Shown here: piece by piece, positions 56,064 to 64,000 of the stretch
Layout: each line of letters starts with the position of its first letter
How positions within the stretch are numbered: the first letter of the stretch is position 1
From: Camelus dromedarius
Lineage: Eukaryota
DNA: 64,000 bases
Direction: 5' to 3'
NCBI RefSeq assembly: GCF_036321535.1
Contig: NC_087459.1
Coordinates: 21,948,001-22,012,000 of the forward strand
Notes under the pieces: generated by a model
What the model was told of the DNA's origin: nothing
Database searches by the model: none
The model's input: only the letters and a program-made list of their open reading frames with translations
Position numbers and translations under genes: made by a program

Positions 56064-59000
56064 ATGGAGGACCTGGGTGAGTGGGGCCCTGGTCCCCTTG
56101 TCCCTAGTCCTTCACCACCACCTGGACCCGCTTCCCCATCCTGCACCCCCTCGCACTCCCGGCATCTCTCCATCCCTGCCTCCTGTCTTCTGGCTTCTGG
56201 CTTCTGGTCTCTGCCGGCGCCTCCTTTCCGACTCCACGTCCCCCTTCCTGCCTCTCCCTTCCTGCCTTTCCCAGACTGGCCGCTCCCTCCTTCTCTCGCG
56301 CCGCTCCTCCATCACTGGCTGAGGACTGACGGATGGGCAGGGAGGTGCAGCGCCTGTGGGCACCTGGGCTCAGGAGCTCGGGGAAGGGAGGGGTTAACGG
56401 GACCTTGAGTCCGGGGACTGGGAAAGTAGACGGGAAGGGAGAATATGACATCAAGTTCTGGAGAAGAAAATGGGCTTTCCCTAGGGCTTTGGGAAGGAAA
56501 GAGTTAAGGGCCCTTAAGTATGGTAGAGGTCAGTTCCTTGGGGCAGAAAGTATAATAGATGAGTGCCAAGAAGCCAAAAGGTGGCTAAGGGTTCCACTAA
56601 GGTGCTCAGAAATGAAGAGTAAAGGGGCAAAGACTTCTAGGTTCTGAAAGGTAAAGAGTTCAAAGGATCCAGATCTGAGGGCATCNNNNNNNNNNNNNNN
56701 NNNNNNNNNNNNNNNNNNNNNNNNNNNNNNNNNNNNNNNNNNNNNNNNNNNNNNNNNNNNNNNNNNNNNNNNNNNNNNNNNNNNNNNNNNNNNNNNNNNN
56801 NNNNNNNNNNNNNNNNNNNNNNNNNNNNNNNNNNNNNNNNNNNNNNNNNNNNNNNNNNNNNNNNNNNNNNNNNNNNNNNNNNNNNNNNNNNNNNNNNNNN
56901 NNGAGGGTCCAGGCATCTCATCCTCCCTGTCTGTTGGAACTGAGGCTGGAAGGCTGTACCCTCCGTGGGAGAGAAGGGGTTCCAGCACCCTGCAGCAGGG
57001 GGTGCTGCTCAGCAGGGGTAACGGGCACTAGTACTGTGAAGAATTAGCCAATCAGAAAGCAGGTCCCAGCCGACTCACCAATGAGGTGCATAGAGTGGAG
57101 CCCAGTGGCGCCTGGAGGGAGGGGCCTGTTTAGGTGTAGGGGGTGTGGCAGAAAGAACATCCAATCAGAAAGCTGGTGCCTGGCATGCAGCCAATTGAGC
57201 AATTTGGGATGAAGCCAAATTTGGCTCCAGCAAAGAGCCAATTTGGATTGCATTAGAAAAGATTGAGAGAATAAAAGAATCAGGTAGCTGAGTCTATAAG
57301 TGACTCCCAGGATGAGCCATGTGGGATATTGTGATCGTACATATTACTTGCTGCTCTTCCACATCTCTGGCATTGTGTTTCCCTCTGATTCTTGACCTCT
57401 GCTCTTAATGCTGGCTTCTGTCCTCCTGAAATACTGCCCACTTAGAACACTTATTCTCTGATCTCTTAAGGCCCCGTCTCTGGCCTAACCTTCACCTCTC
57501 AACCTCTCACCCTGATGGCCTCTTCCTGCAGATGCCCTACTCTCTGACCTGGAGACAACCACCTCACACATGCCAAGGTCAGGGGCTCTAAAAGAGCGGC
57601 CCCCAGAACCCCTGACGTCTCCTCTGCCACAGGTGAGATCAGATGCCGGGGACTGGGGCAACTACTAGGGCCAGGTTTGCCCCGGGGAGGAGAATCTGGG
57701 CCTGAGTGGGGCAAAGTATAGGCCTATCATCCCATACATGTGTCCTTCTCTATAGATGGGGTCTGGGGAGTCTTCAGGAGCCTCTGGGGACAAGGACCAT
57801 CTATACAGGTGAGGGTGCTGGGGACTGGGGGGTGGGGGAGCCATCTGAGACTCACATGAGGAGGCTTGAATTCCCCACCCTGAACCCAGGTTCCTACCCT
57901 GTTTCCCAGCACGGTATGCAAGCCTCGGTCCCCGAAGCCTGCAGCCCCTGCGGCCCCTCCATTCTCCTCTTCCTGTGGTGTCTTGGGCACGGGGCTCTGT
58001 GAGCTAGACCGGTTACTTCAGGAACTTAATGCTACTCAGTTCAACATCACAGGTACCAGGGTTACTGGGAAAGGCCTTGACAGGATGGGGGCAGAGCAGG
58101 GTGGAGACTAAAGGTATAGATTGATTTCCCAGAGTAGCAGCTAAAGGGACACAAGCCTTAACTGGGAGGGAGGCTAGAGTGTGGCCCCATGTCCAGTGCA
58201 CTTCTCTCCTCTCTGCAGATGAAATAATGTCTCAGTTCCCATCTAGCAAGGACACTGCAGGGGAGCAGAAGGAGGACAAATCTGAGGACAAGAAAAGGCC
58301 CAGCCCGTGAGTGTGGCATAGTTGGCAGGGAGGGGAGAGAGGTGATCAGTCCTGGATACCTGAGTTACTGGAGGAAGGGTTACTCTGAGGCTCTGACTGA
58401 CATGAATTATGTCCTTCACAGGCCTCCCAGCCCATCTCCTGTTCTTCCAAAGCCTTCAGCCACCTCGGCCACCCTGGAGCTAGACAGACTGATGGCTTCA
58501 CTCTCTGATTTCCGTGTCCAGAACCATGTGAGTCAGGCAGGGGGAGGGGGTGGGCCAGTGTGGGTTTGTGGCTCCCAACACATTTTAGACCCTCCCATTT
58601 CTGCTGCCTTGCTGACTCAACTGTCCTGTCCTCCCTGCTACAGCTTCCAGCCTCTGGCCCAAACCAGCCACCAGTGCTAAGCTCTGTGAATGAGGACTCT
58701 CCCACCCCACCAGGGCCAACTAACAAGGGCAGCCTGGACACCATGCTGGGGCTGCTTCAGTCTGACCTCAGCCGCCGTGGTGTTCCCACCCAGGCCAAGG
58801 GCCTCTGTGGCTCCTGCAATAAACCCATTGCTGGGCAAGTAAGTGGAGCCCTGTGAGGAGGTGGGTAGAGACCCACAGACCCATCTTTACTGAGAGCCAG
58901 CCTTTGTGCTGCTCCCTTTTAATAAATAACTCTGGGAAGTGGGTATTACTCTTATTCTACAGATGAGGAAACTGAAGCTCTGAGTCACACAGCAAGTAAG

Positions 59001-61183
59001 TGGCAGGGGGAGAATTCCAACCCGCTTACCATTTATTCTGGTCCTACTCTGTGCCAGGCACTATGCTAGCTCCTTTACAAACCCCCATCTCATTTAATCT
59101 TCACAAAAGCCTTGTTGGCACCACTTACCATCTCTCAGGCACCCACAAAGACTGTTTCTCCTCTGTCAGAGTCTGGTTCAGGGGCTCTGGTTCTTGGCTT
59201 ATTGACTGAACAGATGTTATTGGTGACTGTGCCCAATGGTTGACCTAGATCCTACTGCTAGATAAAGCACCCTACTATCATCCTAGAATTCCAGTCTCAG
59301 CAGAGCAGGGTGGCATTATGACTTTCGTGGGCCCTGAGCACTTTCATCTTCATGGGTTCCTTCCTCCATTAAAAAAATTTTAATTGCATTTTATGACTGT
59401 GTTGGTGTAAAGATGAATATTAATGTTTTATATTAAGTAATTTTTTCTAGCTCGTTTCTTCTCTTAATTTTAAAAGAAATTACAACATTTTTGTGGGCTC
59501 CTAAAAGTACCATGGGCCCTAGGCACTGTAAGAGAAGACAGGTTGAATCTCCATCACTTATTGACTGAGTGACATGATTGTTAGATTCTTCATCCTGATC
59601 TCTCAGAGATAATATCCCAAAAGTGCCATGTAAACCTTAGCTCACTGGGCCCTTGGCAGCCCGAGGGCCACTCTGACCCAGGCCTCGCCCCCAACTCGCA
59701 GGTGGTGACTGCGCTTGGCCGTGCTTGGCACCCTGAGCACTTTGTTTGCGGTGGCTGTTCCACGGCCCTGGGAGGCAGCAGCTTCTTCGAGAAGGATGGA
59801 GCCCCCTTCTGTCCCGAGTGCTACTTCGAGCGCTTCTCCCCACGGTGTGGCCTCTGCAACCAACCCATCAGACATGTGAGCCCTGCCTGGCCCACAAGCC
59901 CCGCCTCTGTCTCACGCAAGGAGCGGGTGGAATGGGCCTCATCCACTCACAGGTCCCCCACCCCATCTCCAGCCCCTTCCCGTGGCCTAGTCCCGAGGCC
60001 CTTTGGACTCTGCCCTCTCTCTTTGACTCCCTTTTAGGTCTCCCACACCTTAAAATCTTACTCTAACCCACTCACTTAGGTTCAGGGCGGAAGAGGGAGG
60101 GAAGAAGGAATAGAGGGCCACACTGAGTGTTCCCTTTCATTTCCCGCAGAAGATGGTTACTGCCTTGGGCACCCACTGGCACCCGGAGCATTTCTGTTGC
60201 GTCAGTTGCGGGGAGCCCTTCGGAGATGAGGGTGAGAGCTTAACTCCCACCTTGAAAGCCGCGGGTCCACTCGACATCCCGCTCATTCCCTTTGTCCCCA
60301 GCCGACTACGACCTCCGAAGTCCCGGGGCGGTGAATTTTCCCCTGCTCTCTCCCGGCCCCAACCTGTCTCACCTGTTGGTTCCATCCCTTCCCGCTCTGC
60401 CCCCGCCACAGACCCCGTCCCTCTTTTCCTACTACTCACTCTGGCTGTCCCTCCTCTGGACCCACAGCCTCAGATCTTCTAGGCCCCCAGTGCCACCTCG
60501 CACCCTTTTCCTTCCGCCCACTCGGTTCCCGCTCCTAGGTTTCCACGAGCGAGAGGGCCGCCCCTACTGCCGCCGGGACTTCCTGCAGCTGTTTGCCCCG
60601 CGCTGCCAGGGCTGCCAAGGCCCCATTCTGGATAACTACATCTCGGCGCTCAGCGCGCTCTGGCACCCAGACTGCTTCGTCTGTAGGGTGCGCGGCTTTG
60701 GGGGCGGGGCCTGGGAGGGATGGGTCAATGGCGAGCGGGACTAAAAGCCTGGGGCGGGGCAATTAACCAGAACAGCGTTCTCGGGGGACGGGGCTTCGCG
60801 TTTGTGGGCGGGGTGAGGGTGCTGCGGGGGTCTCCCGGGTTATTCAGGTCATGAAACGAGTTATCTGGTCTCGGGGTTGACGCTGACCCCCTCCTTTCGC
60901 GGCTGCCCTTCCCCAGGAATGCTTCGCGCCCTTCTCGGGAGGCAGCTTTTTCGAGCATGAGGGCCGCCCGCTGTGCGAGAACCATTTCCACGCGCGGCGC
61001 GGGTCGCTGTGCGCCACGTGTGGCCTCCCGGTGACAGGACGATGCGTGTCGGCCCTAGGCCGCCGTTTCCACCCGGACCACTTCACTTGCACCTTCTGCC
61101 TGCGCCCGCTCACCAAGGGCTCCTTCCAGGAGCGCGCCAGCAAACCCTATTGCCAGCCCTGCTTCCTCAAGCTCTTCGGCTGA
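56064..61183 (+). CDS. TGFB1I1: TGF-beta-1-induced transcript 1 (Hic-5; paxillin family, LD motifs plus 4 LIM domains), 456 aa
   Basis: Exons 56064-56076, 57532-57632, 57756-57808, 57910-58052, 58219-58306, 58422-58527, 58644-58838, 59702-59875, 60150-60231, 60539-60687 and 60917-61183, total 1371 nt, all GT-AG. Runs [12 protein letters not shown] ... [11 protein letters not shown]. Confidence 0.97.
56686..56902. other. Assembly gap (217 N) in TGFB1I1 intron 1
   Basis: Run of N. Confidence 0.99.
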
Positions 61184-64000
61184 CCGCCTGGCCGGCTTGC
61201 CACTCCGGGAGAACGCAGTCTCAAAGACCTCGCCCTTCCCGAAAAGATCGGGCTCTCCAGACCCCAAGGCCTTGCTCTTGGAGCTTGGGACTCCCCAAGC
61301 CCCACTCCATGAGGCCCCACCCCTTGGAGAGACCCGCCCTGAAGGTACTGTACACTCCCGATGGGCGAGTTCAGAAAAGGCCCAGCCGATCCTAAAGCCA
61401 CACGCCCCCTAAAGTGGGTGGTACTCTGAAAAGCGACCCCGCTTGAGCCCTTCACTTTATTCCCAGCCTTAAGGGATCTCCCCGACTGGAGGAAGGCCCA
61501 TGCAATTCCCACGAATCCGAGACCAGGCCAGGACGTCCCTCTCCCCACCCCTCACTGTTTTGTGCACTTTTTTCTACCTACATAAACACACATTCTACTT
61601 CACACCGGTTCTGTGTCTCTGCGCGGGAGGGCCTTGCGTCGCGAAGCCCCGCCCCTTTTACTTGCTCTGGCCGCGAAAGGTTCTAGGCCACCGCCCAGTG
61701 CCTGGAGCCTCAGCCTCAGCTCTTGAAGGATGTCCACCTATCAGATGAGCCTGAGGCTGGAAAGGCCGGCCACCTAAGCAGGATTATGCAGATGGTGGCC
61801 AGCCAGGACAGAAGCTCAAGCTGCGCGCCATCGAACCTTCTAGGCCCCGTCGTCCCGGCTTTTTCAGCTCCCTATTACCTTGAAATAAGCACTTAGTCTG
61901 TAGTCCCCCAACTCTCTCCCACTCTTGCCACCTTGTCCGGTTTTCATATTTTTTCCCCTCCTTCAAAGACCTTCAGAGATGGAGCTCCATTCAAAAGTGT
62001 CCATTTATGCCGACCTTTTAGATCTGGGCATTAAACTACAGCTTCCCTCATACTAATTTTGACTCGTAACATCTCCCTCTAGGCAGAGGATGACACTTGG
62101 AGTGGTCAGGACAGTGACTGAGGGAAGCACTGGGGGCTGTACGAGCTAGAGGGAGACTTCTAACTCAGACCGGAAGTCAAGGAAGGCTTCCTGGAGGAGG
62201 TGACACCTGAGCCAAGCCCCAGCAGAGAAGGTTGGGCCAAGTTTTTAGGTGTGGAGAAGTTCAGGCTCCATCTGAATCCCCAAGCCCCAGGGGCCTTTCT
62301 AAATCCCAGAACCAGTACCTTGGACCCTGTAAGTCCCTAGGGAGGGGGCCTGGATTCCTGGGTCATAACTACAGGGACCTTTGAGGCTGGAAACATGGAT
62401 CCTCAGATGCCCTTCCAGCTCAAGGAGGAGCTAACAGCCAAAGAGAACATGTGTGCGCAAGTGACAAAAGTGAGGTTCTCTTCCCTGGCCTCAGGCAGAC
62501 CCCCAAATCCTCTCCTCCCTGAGGCTCCTCTCCTTGGGTCTTCCTAGGTCTCCTGCTCTTTCCTGTCCACACATTCTCCCTGGTGAATGCTGTCCATTCT
62601 TTGACTTGTAACCACCTCCCAGTCTCAAGTCATTCATTTACCAAGTTTTTATTGAGTGTGTACTGTGCCAGGCTCCAGGCCAGGTGCTGGGGAGGCCATA
62701 GGGGACATCTTCCTTGGCCTTATGATCTAGTAGGGGAGACAGATGAAAAACAAATACACAGGGACAAGTGTGATGGAGTAAGGGGGAATTTCCCTGATGG
62801 CCTGGGTAAGTCTTCCCCCACAGCACCTCCCTGTCCCCTCACTTGGAACTATTGCAAATAGGTGTTTGTTGCTTGTTTATTTCTCAAACAAATGCAAACT
62901 CCTGGGAGCTTATTGTCAAAGGGTATGTTTGTTTTGCTGACGGTTGTCTGTCCAGTGTCTAGAATACTGTCTAGCATGTGGTAAGGGCTCAATAAATGTT
63001 AATGAAGGAAGGAATGAGGAAGAAGGGAAGGAGGGAGGGTGAGGGGGCAAAACACAGAGAACTAAATGAGAGAAGGTGGGCAAGGGGTTACTTGAACCAG
63101 ACAGTTAGAGAAGGCCTCTGTGAATATTAATGTCTAAGTTGAGACTTTGAAGGTTGAGGAAAGAACCAGCCAGGCAAAGAGCCTGAGGAGAGTATCCTGG
63201 GCAGCAGAAACAGCAAGTGCAAAGGCCAGGAGGTTGTGAAGAGCTTGGACTACTGGAAGGAAGGAAAGAAAGTTAGTGTGGTTGATTAGAGCCAGCAAGG
63301 GACAGAGTAGTAGGAGAGGAGGCCAAAGAGGAAATAGTGGCCACCTTACGAAGGGCTTTGCAGGCCACAGTGAGGGCATATAGATTTTAATCACCTATAA
63401 CCCCAATGTGTCCTCTGATACTTGCCCCTGGATTTCTCTCAGGCACTTCAAGTTCATCACCCTCTGAAGCAGATGCCGTGGGTGTCCTGCCCGCATCCAC
63501 TTGGCCCACCTGGGAAGAGAGTTCCCAGACCCTCAGTCTCCCCAGCTGCTCCCTGAGGGTACTCTCCAGAGGAAGATGAGTGCTCCTATGCCCAGCAGGC
63601 CTGGAGTGGGTGGAGGGAGGTTCTGTAATCTCCAGCCAGTTAGAGACAGGGATTGCTGAATATGCTAGCTTTCTGGACCCTTGGGGGTCAATTCTGAGGT
63701 GAGTTCCCCTCAGTGTCTCAGAGGCTCCCCACTGGGATTGTCACAGTGGTCACCTTTTAATCAACACACCCTTTACAGGCTTTTTGCCATTCCTAGTCTC
63801 TTCCCCACTCCTACACAGTCCTTACTGGGATCAGCTCCCCAGTAAAGTCCTCACACCCCAATTCTCATCTTAGAGCCTGCTTTTGAAGGGACCAAAATGA
63901 AAGCATTCCCTAAACTTAACTCATCATAGTCCCCTAAAATATTGTTTTCTGTTTCCCCATCTCTGGCAAGAACCCAATTACTACAATCAGACACCCAAGT

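Noticed and set aside
61900-64000. Expected next gene SLC5A2
   Set aside because: No SLC5A2 exon was recognised; the region looks like old L2/MIR-derived intergenic DNA.

Overview
Mammalian genomic DNA, most likely camelid, judged from repeated tRNA-Ala-derived Vic-1-like SINEs. It is syntenic to the human 16p11.2 beta-2-integrin cluster, in this order: inverted ITGAX fragment inside ERV1 sequence (-), ITGAD (+), COX6A2 (-), orphan CpG island, C2H2 zinc-finger gene (-), ARMC5 (+), TGFB1I1 (+). COX6A2, ARMC5 and TGFB1I1 splice into intact ORFs (ARMC5 has a 140-N gap in exon 3). Main surprises: (1) ITGAD/CD11d looks like a unitary pseudogene, with the start codon lost, exon 2 not found, five frameshifts and two destroyed splice acceptors. 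(2) A 2.4-kb intron-containing, frameshifted copy of ITGAX exons 22-25 sits in inverted orientation between two homologous ERV internal segments, downstream of a tRNA-Leu PBS. (3) The 13-finger ZNF head-to-head with ARMC5 is frameshifted in finger 10. Exon boundaries were read by hand, and human reference sequences were recalled rather than aligned. Repeat family names and boundaries are approximate.
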